Positions 38,011 to 46,862 of a stretch of DNA of 64,000 nt are shown here, one piece after another. Numbering within the stretch: position 1 is the first letter of the stretch; the number at the start of each line of letters is the position of its first letter. A model generated the notes under the pieces. The model searched no databases, had not been told where the DNA came from, and saw nothing but the letters and a program-made list of their open reading frames with translations. The translations under genes were made by a program, and so were the position numbers. The stretch comes from an uncultured Pseudohongiella sp. (GTDB lineage: Bacteria; Pseudomonadota; Gammaproteobacteria; Pseudomonadales; Pseudohongiellaceae), in NCBI GenBank assembly GCA_963974875.1, contig CAXBER010000005.1:120928-184927 (forward strand), in the 5' to 3' direction.

Positions 38011-38747
38011 TGCAGGTTTCATGGAATAGTCGACAAGGACGCCAACGGCAAAGCAACAATGACGCTGCGACCATCGCCATCGGTGAGAACCAGCTGGTTG
38101 CCGTATTGGTAGATGCGGCGGAATCCCGCCAGTCAGGTGGTAACCAGGCCAGAGAGCTCGCACACTATTGGAGCCAGTTTCTGGCCCGGGCGGCGATGAG
38201 TCTTGCATTTCCTGTAGATGCCATTCAGCTGGATAAGCTGATGCGCCAGGAACAGGCGATCTTACGACACCGCTATCTGCACGAGATAGCCAGCTACTGT
38301 CTGGTCGTGCTCAATCCCGACTCGGGGCAGTACCAGGTTTTTCACTGTGGTGACACCCTTGCGGGTATAACGGTATCGCCCGAAGCCATTGACGGTGTGC
38401 AGTGGTTATACCCACCACATACGCTCACGCAGCAATACGCCGCCATTGGATCATCACCGGTGACGCAGTGCGTCAATGGCGAATCCGGTAGTACCAGTCC
38501 GGTATTAACCCGATGCCTGAATTCGCGACGCTTTCATTGCCCCGATACGCTCCACGGAACGCTTGATTCAGAGATCAGTATGGTGATTGCCAGTGATGGC
38601 TATTGGGATAAAAACACTGATGACGACAGCAGCGTCATTTTGATTCGTTCTGGTCAGCAGTCTGTGCAGTCCGACTCGGACTGTGACAACCTGTTCGTTT
38701 TTCCGGAAAGCACAGCGGTCACACGACAAGGAAGCCTCGCAACATGA
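38010..38747 (+). CDS. PP2C/PPM-like phosphatase
   Basis: RQSNND, VLVDAAE, HCGDT, LTRCL, ASDGYW and DDSSVI motifs; TAATG coupling. Confidence 0.7.
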   Translation: MQVSWNSRQGRQRQSNNDAATIAIGENQLVAVLVDAAESRQSGGNQARELAHYWSQFLARAAMSLAFPVDAIQLDKLMRQEQAILRHRYLHEIASYCLVVLNPDSGQYQVFHCGDTLAGITVSPEAIDGVQWLYPPHTLTQQYAAIGSSPVTQCVNGESGSTSPVLTRCLNSRRFHCPDTLHGTLDSEISMVIASDGYWDKNTDDDSSVILIRSGQQSVQSDSDCDNLFVFPESTAVTRQGSLAT

Positions 38748-38817
38748 ACACCGCTCCCACCAAAAAGCGGAACAGGCCGTTGGCGTGGTCTGAGTAGTAG
38801 TTCATCTTGTGGCAGCT

Positions 38818-41010
38818 CTAGTCCAGCACTCTCAGAAACTCACCCACCACACGGTATCGGCTGGTATCGTCTTCGCTCAGCACAAGCGTCTCAAATGACG
38901 GGTCAGAAGATCGCGGTTTCAGCAGGATTCTCTGATGTGCCCAGCTATCGCCATCCTCCGACTTGATGCTCTCGTATTCCTTGACGGTGTAGTGCGAACC
39001 ACTGTCGTCATCAATGATGTCTGAATGCTCCACCAGGACGATCTTGCCGTTGCGGCTACCGCCCTGATCGGTCCGGAACAGGCACACGGCGCCATTGGGA
39101 ATTATCCTGTTCATGGACTCCCCCTGAACCTTGCATGCGAACAGGTTTTTGTCAGCACGCTCTCCCTCAGGCAGAACAATCCAGTCGTCTATTTCGGCCC
39201 GTTGCTGCTCGCTGAAGCTGCCAGCGGCCGGGAGCAGACTATACAGCGGCACGGCATTGACGTAAGGCTCGGCTTTCACTTGCGGCAATTCGACAACATT
39301 ATCTGACGGCGTGATTTCGCGCGGTATGTGCTTAGCCAGGTACTCGCGGAAATCGGGATCGCAGGCATAAACAAAGGTGCCTCTGATACCCCGCAGCATG
39401 ATGGTTTTGTAGATGTTGAGAATATAACGCTTCAGTTGTTCCGGATCGGTGATCGACTGTTTGCCGTTGCGATCAAAATACAACTCAGGCCGGATGATTA
39501 TTTCGCCCTTGGTCTTGTCATAGCCGATCTCACGGCCAAATATGATACCGGCATAGTTCAGATCATATCCCTGTGTGGTGTGGATACAACCCACTTCAGT
39601 TGCTGATCCTGCCGCGTTGATCCAGTCCGAGCTGGTGCTGTTCCATCGCAGTTTTATGTTTTCGATTTCAATGTCGAACTTGTCGCGCTCTTTATTCGAT
39701 ACCCAGGGCCATGAATAACCGGCAATCATTCGGGATAAACCGATCTCGCTCTCTTTTTCCTGAATTTTCTGCTGGAACTCACAGAAACTGTCAAACAGTT
39801 TGAACTCGTAGGACCTGGACGTATGCTTTGCCGACGCAGGCAGGCGGGCATTGAGCAGGTCGTCAACAAACTTCACATAGGGATTGCCGCCCAGCACGCG
39901 GAACTGGGAGACCAGTTCCTGTACTTCGGTGTCTGGTGAGGCTTTCAGGGCTGAGAATACGTCTGCGGCGGCATCCGAGGGTTTTATGGTCTGATCGGTG
40001 TCATAGAAGAATACCGCCCGGCTGGATTGTTTGCGAACCCAGTCAACTTCGCTGCACTGCTTTGGATCAAACCCCAGTGCGACCGATGCTTTGTCGAAGG
40101 CGTGATAGTAGGCGCCGAGGTTTATCCGCTGACGTAATCGATGGGCCTCATCCACCAGCACGATGTCGTAATGCTGTTTCGCCAGCTCTGCTGGGCCAAT
40201 GACCATGCTGGATTTCAGGCCCGCTACGTTCGAGAAAGCTTTTTGCAAGGTTTTCCGGAAAGACGACATGGGTACAACCAGTGCCATGCGTGGTTTTTGC
40301 CCGTATTTTTCTCGCAGCCGTATCAACAGATCCTTGATTTCGGCCTCTTCGCTGGAGAACTCCCGGAAATTGAATTCATCATTTTCAGACTGCAGCAGTT
40401 TGAAGAGGAATATCGCCAGCACGGATTTACCCGTTCCCGCACCACCCTGAACCACCAGCGTGCGTGTGGTGTCGCTCACCAATGAGTGCATGATACCCAG
40501 CAGCCCCTGGCGTTGGTCTGCCGACAGCGCTTTATAGGGTGAGTATTTGAACAGGTCAGAGTTGTCCAGATGATCCAGCGAGTGCTGGGTAACGCCTTTT
40601 GCCCGAAGCTGATCCCATAAATGCTGGAAGATGTCGGCGTAGAGGATGTCCTTCTGGTAGTAGTTGTGATCCGCCAGCCCCAAGTTGCCGTTCAGCAGTT
40701 TGAACCGGCCATCGGCAGACATGTATTTGATCAGATTGGATTCAATATCCAGCGTCGCTGACTTGTTGAACTTCAGGCTGGTGATCAGATGGACCACCGA
40801 CAGATGCCGTTTGGCGTCATGTTTCAGGTGGGTAGTCATGCGGGCGACCGCATCAGCAGTCTCGCCAACGTAAGCCAAACGCTTATTGTCATCGCTCAGC
40901 ACATAGACCAGCGGCCAGTAGTTCTGCGCAAAGGAGTTGGCGCGGATATCGCTCAGCTGCTTGTCACTGAAGACAAAACGGCTGACTTCAATGACAGGAG
41001 ATGTGCTCAT
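38818..41010 (-). CDS. GIY-YIG-like nuclease / DUF2075 (Schlafen group-3-like) helicase / S24 peptidase-like fusion
   Basis: VY...YVGET; GGAGTGKS, VDEAHRL, HTTQGYDL; VQGESM...VKEY. Confidence 0.8.
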   Translation of the reverse strand: MSTSPVIEVSRFVFSDKQLSDIRANSFAQNYWPLVYVLSDDNKRLAYVGETADAVARMTTHLKHDAKRHLSVVHLITSLKFNKSATLDIESNLIKYMSADGRFKLLNGNLGLADHNYYQKDILYADIFQHLWDQLRAKGVTQHSLDHLDNSDLFKYSPYKALSADQRQGLLGIMHSLVSDTTRTLVVQGGAGTGKSVLAIFLFKLLQSENDEFNFREFSSEEAEIKDLLIRLREKYGQKPRMALVVPMSSFRKTLQKAFSNVAGLKSSMVIGPAELAKQHYDIVLVDEAHRLRQRINLGAYYHAFDKASVALGFDPKQCSEVDWVRKQSSRAVFFYDTDQTIKPSDAAADVFSALKASPDTEVQELVSQFRVLGGNPYVKFVDDLLNARLPASAKHTSRSYEFKLFDSFCEFQQKIQEKESEIGLSRMIAGYSWPWVSNKERDKFDIEIENIKLRWNSTSSDWINAAGSATEVGCIHTTQGYDLNYAGIIFGREIGYDKTKGEIIIRPELYFDRNGKQSITDPEQLKRYILNIYKTIMLRGIRGTFVYACDPDFREYLAKHIPREITPSDNVVELPQVKAEPYVNAVPLYSLLPAAGSFSEQQRAEIDDWIVLPEGERADKNLFACKVQGESMNRIIPNGAVCLFRTDQGGSRNGKIVLVEHSDIIDDDSGSHYTVKEYESIKSEDGDSWAHQRILLKPRSSDPSFETLVLSEDDTSRYRVVGEFLRVLD

Positions 41011-41327
41011 AACTCATTGTATTTCCTGGCGGTTCCCTTGGCCTTGCTGACCGGGTACTTCTCCTCGTTCTGCTTGATCTTGGCCAGCACGATGTCTTTG
41101 ACATCCAGATCACAGGCATCGGCCAGCAGAAACGCAAACGCGAAAACGTCCGCCAATTCCTCTCTAATCTTCTGTTTGTCGGCTTCTTCAGGCTGTTTCC
41201 ACAGGAAAGCTTCAAGTAGTTCGCCGGCCTCTATGCTCAGCGCCAGCGACAGATCCTTGGGGTTGTGGAATTGCTGCCAGTCCCGTTCGTCGCGAAATTT
41301 CTTGAGGGCGTCTATGATTTCATTCAT
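41007..41327 (-). CDS. MazG-like nucleotide pyrophosphohydrolase
   Basis: RDWQQFHNPKDL...EAGELLE...EELADV...KNEEKYP. Confidence 0.9.
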   Translation of the reverse strand: MNEIIDALKKFRDERDWQQFHNPKDLSLALSIEAGELLEAFLWKQPEEADKQKIREELADVFAFAFLLADACDLDVKDIVLAKIKQNEEKYPVSKAKGTARKYNEL

Positions 41328-41363
41328 GTTTTTGGTCTGTCGGTGTTCAGGTTGGTGGGTCGT

Positions 41364-41525
41364 ATGATTTCATGGAAGGCGCTGGCGGGCAATGGGCGCG
41401 CATGGTTCTCCCAACTTGACTCGAAACAAATAGATATTGGGAGCGGCAAGCGTGTATTGGTTCAAGATGGCAAGCTGAATAAGAAATATCAAATAACGCT
41501 GCCGTTATTTTTGTTCAAGGAGTAA
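41364..41525 (+). pseudogene. C-terminal remnant of an AbiEi-type (type IV TA) antitoxin
   Basis: AWFSQLDSKQIDIGSGKRVLVQDGKLNKKYQITLP; no upstream body. Confidence 0.65.
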
Positions 41526-41682
41526 GGCATTGGGATTTAAAGACATTTTTAAAAACAGGTTGAACTACTTGTCAGGGCGCTCCCCCATGTGCAGGTGGGA
41601 AAACAATTAAACCAGACGGGCTAAGCTCATGCACTTCGCGCAGCATGGTTTGACCGCCCTTATTCTCTAGTGGCCGATAAGG

Positions 41683-41976
41683 TCACGCTGCTGGCTTGAT
41701 ATGGAGCTGTAACCCCAGCGCCTTGGCAACTTTCAGCACAGTGCTTAGCTGAGGGTTACCGTCAGCTGAAAGTGCCTTGTACAGGCTTTCGCGTCCCAGG
41801 CCTGTCTCTCGGGACAGTTCGGCCATACCTTTTGCCCGTGCAATGTCTCCCAGCGCCATTGCGATAAAGGCGGCGTCTCCGTCGCTCTCAGCAATAGCTG
41901 CTTCCAGATAGGCAGCCATTTCCTCGCGACTGCGAAGATGCTTTGCTACATCGTATTCATGAAGTTTAGTTGTCAT
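41683..41976 (-). CDS. Addiction-module antidote (HigA/HI1420-like HTH)
   Basis: YDVAKHL..EEMAAYL...ALGDIARAKGMAELSRETGLGRESLYKALS.DGNP. Confidence 0.92.
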   Translation of the reverse strand: MTTKLHEYDVAKHLRSREEMAAYLEAAIAESDGDAAFIAMALGDIARAKGMAELSRETGLGRESLYKALSADGNPQLSTVLKVAKALGLQLHIKPAA

Positions 41977-42274
41977 TACCCGACTCCAAGCCTTTAACCA
42001 ATTCATAGGCCAGTTCAATATCATCACGCTGGCTCGACTTATCTCCGCCGCAGAGCAGGATGATGAGCACATCGTCCCGCTCCGTGTAATAAACCCGGTA
42101 ACCAGGGCCCACATCGACCTTCAGTTCGGAGACTCCGTGCTTCAGATTACGGGAAGTCCCCGGGTTACCCAGCGCCAAGCGTTGGATACGGGCCTGTACC
42201 CGAGCCCTACCGCTTATATCCTTTAAGCGATCCAGCCACTTGGTGAACTGGACGGTGGTTTGGATCCTTTTCAT
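41966..42274 (-). CDS. Addiction-module killer (HigB/RelE-like, HI1419 family)
   Basis: F..WLDRLKD...RIQRL..GNPG...GVSELKVDVGPGYRVYY...LLCGGDKSSQ..DI; ATG at 42274. Confidence 0.92.
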   Translation of the reverse strand: MKRIQTTVQFTKWLDRLKDISGRARVQARIQRLALGNPGTSRNLKHGVSELKVDVGPGYRVYYTERDDVLIILLCGGDKSSQRDDIELAYELVKGLESGNDN

Positions 42275-42280
42275 GTGGCT

Positions 42281-42308
42281 ATTGTATCTCATGGGATACA
42301 ATTTGCAA
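42281..42308 (-). promoter_or_regulatory. TA promoter and operator
   Basis: Minus strand TTGCAA-16-TACAAT overlapped by ATTGTATC-N6-GATACAAT. Confidence 0.75.
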
Positions 42309-42310
42309 GA

Positions 42311-42853
42311 CTAATTTGGGCTCTGCGTCTGGATCAACGGCAACGCCTCCTCCATATGCGAAAATCGATGCGAACCGCCGGCGAAGATATGCACCGTCAT
42401 TTGCTGACCCAGCGCATCCAGGGTCGCCCGGGAATCAAGCAACTCGTCAGCCATGTCCAGCAGCACCATGCCCCGTGCTGAGGGCAGGAAATCCGGATAA
42501 CCCCTGGCGGTGTCAGCGGACAAGGTAAACGGCCGGCCATAGTGATCAAGATGAGAGCCGATGTATTTGCCCAGTATCGCCGAAGGCGCCATGACCGGAT
42601 TGATCGCCACAAAGGGTTTGTCTGTTGCTTCGGACAGCCTGGAGACCAGAAAACCGCCCATGGATGTGCCGATCAGAAGATCTGGTTGCGACAGGAAGGG
42701 GTCTACGTCGGCCAGGACTTTTTCATACCCCTGTGAGTAGTCGGGCGCGAAGGCGGACACATTAGCGATTTTCCTGAGCGCGACCTGCTTGTCGCCATTG
42801 GGGTCGACCTGGGAGCCGAAGCCGTGTATGTACAGGATGTTTAGTTTGGTCAT
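42311..42853 (-). CDS. YqiA/YcfP-like alpha/beta hydrolase (intact copy)
   Basis: YIHGFGS, IGTSMGG, AINP, DELLD and GGSHRF motifs; ATG at 42853. Confidence 0.9.
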   Translation of the reverse strand: MTKLNILYIHGFGSQVDPNGDKQVALRKIANVSAFAPDYSQGYEKVLADVDPFLSQPDLLIGTSMGGFLVSRLSEATDKPFVAINPVMAPSAILGKYIGSHLDHYGRPFTLSADTARGYPDFLPSARGMVLLDMADELLDSRATLDALGQQMTVHIFAGGSHRFSHMEEALPLIQTQSPN

Positions 42854-42989
42854 GGTGACACTTTCCTTCGAGGGCGTGAAAACTGCAAGTATGTCGTAAT
42901 CTGCGGCTGGGGAGGTCGTACCGGTGGGTAAAAAAGAAACCTTGGTCACTTCGTAGGAACTGCGGCGCGGTGGTGTGCGGGCGGCGCGT

Positions 42990-43787
42990 TTACCTGTTGC
43001 TCAAAGGGCTATTCTCAGTCAGCAGCTTGATCATCTCTCCTTTTGCTGTGTCAAAGACGCGATTGAAGCCGCCAAAGTACGCTGGGTGATACAACCTTAA
43101 AGCAGGTCTGGTCAGCTTGGATGAATTGACCCGTGCTAACGCTCGTTTTTTGATTTCCCCGGATACCGCAAAGAAATCAGGCTTTGGAAGATTGAAACTA
43201 ATATCACCGTCGCGATTCGGGCCAGTCATAAATATAACCAAGTCAGGTTTGAGTAACGCTAGCTCTTCCCTAAATACCGGAAAGTGGTCACGCTCAAGTT
43301 TTCGGATTTTTGCATTCATCCCCTTTCTATCAGCTATTCCAATCTTGGATATATTGTTCCAGATAGAATAGACATTTCGGTCGGGAAATGCAGATTTCAG
43401 CGCTTGATCAAACTTTTCCACTGCTCGCCAGAATACTCGTTTGCCTAGTTCCTTTTCTTTATAACCGCCGTTAGTAAAGTATTTCTCGTAGGTCGCTGCC
43501 AACTCATCGACTGACTTTGCTCCCAGAGCAGACTGGCCTTTGGATGAGCCACCCCAGCCATACGTCTCTTGGCCGCAATACATGATTCTGAGATCAGATT
43601 GCTCATAAGCCTCTTCATTAATGCGAATCAGTAAAGGGTTTGCCGGTTTAATAGGCGCTGTCATTAAGGAGTCAGCAGCAGAAACAAGGCCGGACCAATG
43701 GTAGTCGTAAATTTCCTTTAGCTGAGAATTTATATGGGCCATATTCTTTCCTTTCGGATATTGTTTGAGTATATCTGACTCGAGCAT
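42990..43787 (-). CDS. Uracil-DNA-glycosylase-superfamily-like protein
   Basis: RIMYCGQETYGW, WNNISK, EL.LLKPDLVIFMTG, LYHPAY; start may be ATG ~43742. Confidence 0.6.
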   Translation of the reverse strand: MLESDILKQYPKGKNMAHINSQLKEIYDYHWSGLVSAADSLMTAPIKPANPLLIRINEEAYEQSDLRIMYCGQETYGWGGSSKGQSALGAKSVDELAATYEKYFTNGGYKEKELGKRVFWRAVEKFDQALKSAFPDRNVYSIWNNISKIGIADRKGMNAKIRKLERDHFPVFREELALLKPDLVIFMTGPNRDGDISFNLPKPDFFAVSGEIKKRALARVNSSKLTRPALRLYHPAYFGGFNRVFDTAKGEMIKLLTENSPLSNR

Positions 43788-43843
43788 CAGAGCAGTCTGT
43801 CACATAGCTCGCTAGCGAGCCAGCGTGGAATTGGGGCAAAAAG

Positions 43844-44260
43844 TCAGTTTTTCACTTGCCACCGGTTCTTCACGAACACATCATTCAAATCGCTCAGCGA
43901 GACCTCTGGATCCATCGGATTCAGCGCAGGATTGTGCAGGGTAATGCCACCGTCTGCTCCGGGTATAAATGAGAAGCAGCCTTTAGCGCTCACTATGCTG
44001 CCGGGACCGACGAATGACTCTATTTTCTCTGCTTCCGGGCGGGTAATGCTGAAGTGAAGAGTGACCTCGAAAATCATGCCTAGTCCGTCAAGCGCCAACG
44101 CATCGCCGTAGATATCGGCACTACCGTCCGCAAAAAAGCAGTACGATATATCAGTGATCTTCAATATTGTTTCCAGCTCAAACTGTAACAGCCAGAGGTA
44201 GGTCTCCCTTGGGTGTGTGTATTCAACATCATTCGTATCTCTCATGAGGTAAATCTCCAA
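43844..44260 (-). CDS. Hypothetical protein
   Basis: 138-aa ORF starting 3 bp after the previous stop in a co-oriented run. Confidence 0.6.
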   Translation of the reverse strand: MEIYLMRDTNDVEYTHPRETYLWLLQFELETILKITDISYCFFADGSADIYGDALALDGLGMIFEVTLHFSITRPEAEKIESFVGPGSIVSAKGCFSFIPGADGGITLHNPALNPMDPEVSLSDLNDVFVKNRWQVKN

Positions 44261-44263
44261 TGA

Positions 44264-44608
44264 TCAATCAGCGGCAAGCATGGTGTCAGCGCTGATTTTT
44301 GTGTGCCACTCAATAGTTACTACGTCGCCAGTAAATTCAACAACGCCTGCATTCTTTGGCAGTTGATTGCACTGCCCGCGATACTGGATAAAGATATCCA
44401 GGAGATTCATAAGTTCAATTTTGAAACCGGTTTCGCTGCAACGGGCGCCGACTTTCTCGTCCTCCAGGAACCACCTGGACCAGGAAATGCGATCCTCATT
44501 GTCTTCGGCGAAGAATATGACCCTGACTTTATGCGCTACTATGTCAGGGTATTGCCGTGCCAGCATTGTCAGCCGCATCTGTTCGAAGTCAGGATCGTAA
44601 TCTGACAT
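44264..44608 (-). CDS. Hypothetical protein
   Basis: 114-aa ORF with GGGGTGGG RBS-like sequence, directly downstream of the AAA ATPase. Confidence 0.65.
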   Translation of the reverse strand: MSDYDPDFEQMRLTMLARQYPDIVAHKVRVIFFAEDNEDRISWSRWFLEDEKVGARCSETGFKIELMNLLDIFIQYRGQCNQLPKNAGVVEFTGDVVTIEWHTKISADTMLAAD

Positions 44609-44641
44609 TTCCCACCCCTGTTATTGTTAACGGTAAAAATT

Positions 44642-46753
44642 TCAATGCAAAAACCCCATCGGCCGCCGCGCATCCTCTTTGGCAGCACACTCGCCCTGCA
44701 GCACCGAGACAAACTCCCGCGCTGATCCAATAGGCGAGAATTTGTGCCGCCGGGAGGCCGTGGCAAAATCACCCGGCGTCAGATTGCCCAGAGAACCCAG
44801 TGTGCGCGTTACCGATTCATCAGGCGCTGGCAAACCCAGCGACTCGCAGCAGCGATGCGTCAGCTGCACCGCCTGCTCTGGCGCCAGATAGCCAAAACGC
44901 AACTTAAGATCAAAACGCCGCAACGCCGCCTGGTCCAGGTTGTCAGCCAGGTTGGTGGAGGCAATAAAAATACCCTCAAAGGCTTCCAGTTGTGTCAGCA
45001 GTTCATTGACCATGGTCACTTCCCAGCCGGCGCGCAGGGAGCGGCGATCCTGCAGCAGGCTGTCCACCTCATCAATCAGCAGCACACTGGGTTCCTCGCG
45101 TGCCTGCTCAAGGGCCCTGGCAATATTTTTCTCGGTCTGCCCCACATACATGCCCAACAGATCCGAGGACTTTTTCATGATAAGCGGCAGGTCCAGTTGT
45201 TTGGCCAGCCAGTGCGCATACGCAGTTTTGCCGGTGCCGGGTGGGCCGTACAGACAGAGCCGGGCGCTGCTGGCTTTGCCGATGCCTCGGGCCAGCGACA
45301 CCAGGTCGGATTCGCAGTTAACAAAGGCCGGATCATACACGGCGGGCAAGGGCGGGGCTGCTTTGGTTTTCTCCAGCGTGCGGAATCCCTGGGCCTTCAA
45401 TGTGCTGTTGACCAGGCTTTTGACCACGTCGGCTGACTTGCTGTCCGGCAACTGCGCCTTGACCGAGCAGGCCACCGCGATGGCTGAACGGGCGACTGCC
45501 GGGGACAGGTCAGTCAGTTGCGAGAACTCAGCGATTTCCTCCTTGCTCAGCATGTCGCCAAAAAATTCAGTCAGCATACGGCTGCGGTGTTTGCGTGAAG
45601 GAATCGGCAATTCAATCACCATGTCGAAGCGACGGATTACGGCAGGGTCGATACCGTAGGTGCTGTTGGACAGCCACAGCGTGGGCACGGCGTTTTCTTC
45701 CAGCATGCGGTTCAACCAGGCCTTGCGCGACTGAGCGCGCCTGGGTCTGAATATATCGTTTTCGCCAGTCAGCACATCCTCGGCTTCATCAAAGACCAGC
45801 ATGGCACGCGAATTGGCGAAAAAGCACTGGCCGGCACGGTACGCGCGAAGCCGGTTTTCGCCTCCCACCGAGTCGCCGTCCTCATCACAAAACGCCACCT
45901 CATAGAGTTGACGTTGCAGATGCTGCGCCACCACACGTGCGAGCTGACTCTTGCCGGTGCCGGGATCGCCGTGCAGCAGGATGTTGACGCCTGTTTTTGC
46001 CCCGGCAGAGACTGCCTCCAGGTAGCTGCGCAGGATAAGCATGTCATGCTCGATATGCGCATAGTCAGACCATGCCAGCTCCGGTGCAGATGCAGGCGTG
46101 ACCGTCTCGCGCAGCAGCGAAACCGGTTCGGCATCCAGCGTCAGCAGGCAGTCGGCAAAGCTGTTCGACAACAGGTCCAGCTTGCGGCTGATATAGTTCA
46201 TGCCGTTGCGATCAATGGATACCAGCCCGGACCTGACCAACAGCCCCCGCTCACCCAGGGACAGTCGGATATCAGGCTCCGGTATGTCGAGAAGCACAGA
46301 CAGCGCCCGCATCAGGTCATTACTGGACACATTGCCCAGAGAGTCCGTCGCGGTCGTCAGAAAGTCGTTATTAAAAACCATAACAGCAAACTCAAGTACC
46401 CGGCAGTCAGTATCAGTCAGCCCCACCATACCGGCCAGCTTGTGTATGTTTTGCTGAAGCGAGGCGGGCAGCGATGTGCCGGCGGCTGTTTTCTCGGCAA
46501 CAAGTGCCAGCTTTTTCAGCTCCGCCCGGATTGCTTTGTCGTCAAAATCGTCCGCGTTTATCCAGTGCTCAAGGCCGATGACCTTGGCCAGGCGCTCGTC
46601 TTCAAAGCCATGGGATTGGATAAACTCGCGATATCCGCCGCACTGCATCAGCGCCCGGTAGATCCACAGCTTTACCCGCGACGGGACAGAGGTGCTGACA
46701 TTGAAATGAGCTCGTCGATGGCGTCGAACAGATGGTAGCGCTGGCATAAGCAT
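44642..46753 (-). CDS. Double-domain AAA+ ATPase
   Basis: Two Walker A motifs (GDPGTGKS, GPPGTGKT) and two Walker B motifs (VFDEAE, LIDEVD); C-terminal MGF; start ATG 46753 or 46747. Confidence 0.9.
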   Translation of the reverse strand: MLMPALPSVRRHRRAHFNVSTSVPSRVKLWIYRALMQCGGYREFIQSHGFEDERLAKVIGLEHWINADDFDDKAIRAELKKLALVAEKTAAGTSLPASLQQNIHKLAGMVGLTDTDCRVLEFAVMVFNNDFLTTATDSLGNVSSNDLMRALSVLLDIPEPDIRLSLGERGLLVRSGLVSIDRNGMNYISRKLDLLSNSFADCLLTLDAEPVSLLRETVTPASAPELAWSDYAHIEHDMLILRSYLEAVSAGAKTGVNILLHGDPGTGKSQLARVVAQHLQRQLYEVAFCDEDGDSVGGENRLRAYRAGQCFFANSRAMLVFDEAEDVLTGENDIFRPRRAQSRKAWLNRMLEENAVPTLWLSNSTYGIDPAVIRRFDMVIELPIPSRKHRSRMLTEFFGDMLSKEEIAEFSQLTDLSPAVARSAIAVACSVKAQLPDSKSADVVKSLVNSTLKAQGFRTLEKTKAAPPLPAVYDPAFVNCESDLVSLARGIGKASSARLCLYGPPGTGKTAYAHWLAKQLDLPLIMKKSSDLLGMYVGQTEKNIARALEQAREEPSVLLIDEVDSLLQDRRSLRAGWEVTMVNELLTQLEAFEGIFIASTNLADNLDQAALRRFDLKLRFGYLAPEQAVQLTHRCCESLGLPAPDESVTRTLGSLGNLTPGDFATASRRHKFSPIGSAREFVSVLQGECAAKEDARRPMGFLH

Positions 46754-46789
46754 CTCCGGTTGGTGGGAGTTGCAGAATACCCGGAGTTG

Positions 46790-46862
46790 CGACGAGAAGT
46801 GTCGTTTATGACGGATTGATTGAATTAGCCAATTGGGTAGGTTGCAACGACACAAAATGTCG
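46790..46862. promoter_or_regulatory. Two CGAC-N7-GTCG palindromes (putative WYL-regulator sites)
   Basis: CGAC-GAGAAGT-GTCG at 46790-46804 and CGAC-ACAAAAT-GTCG at 46848-46862. Confidence 0.65.

Noticed and set aside
44679-46738. Long plus-strand ORFs (230-276 aa) opposite the AAA ATPase, and similar ones opposite nrfA, the TBDRs and PON
   Set aside because: They are antisense shadows typical of GC-rich coding DNA and contain no recognisable motifs.
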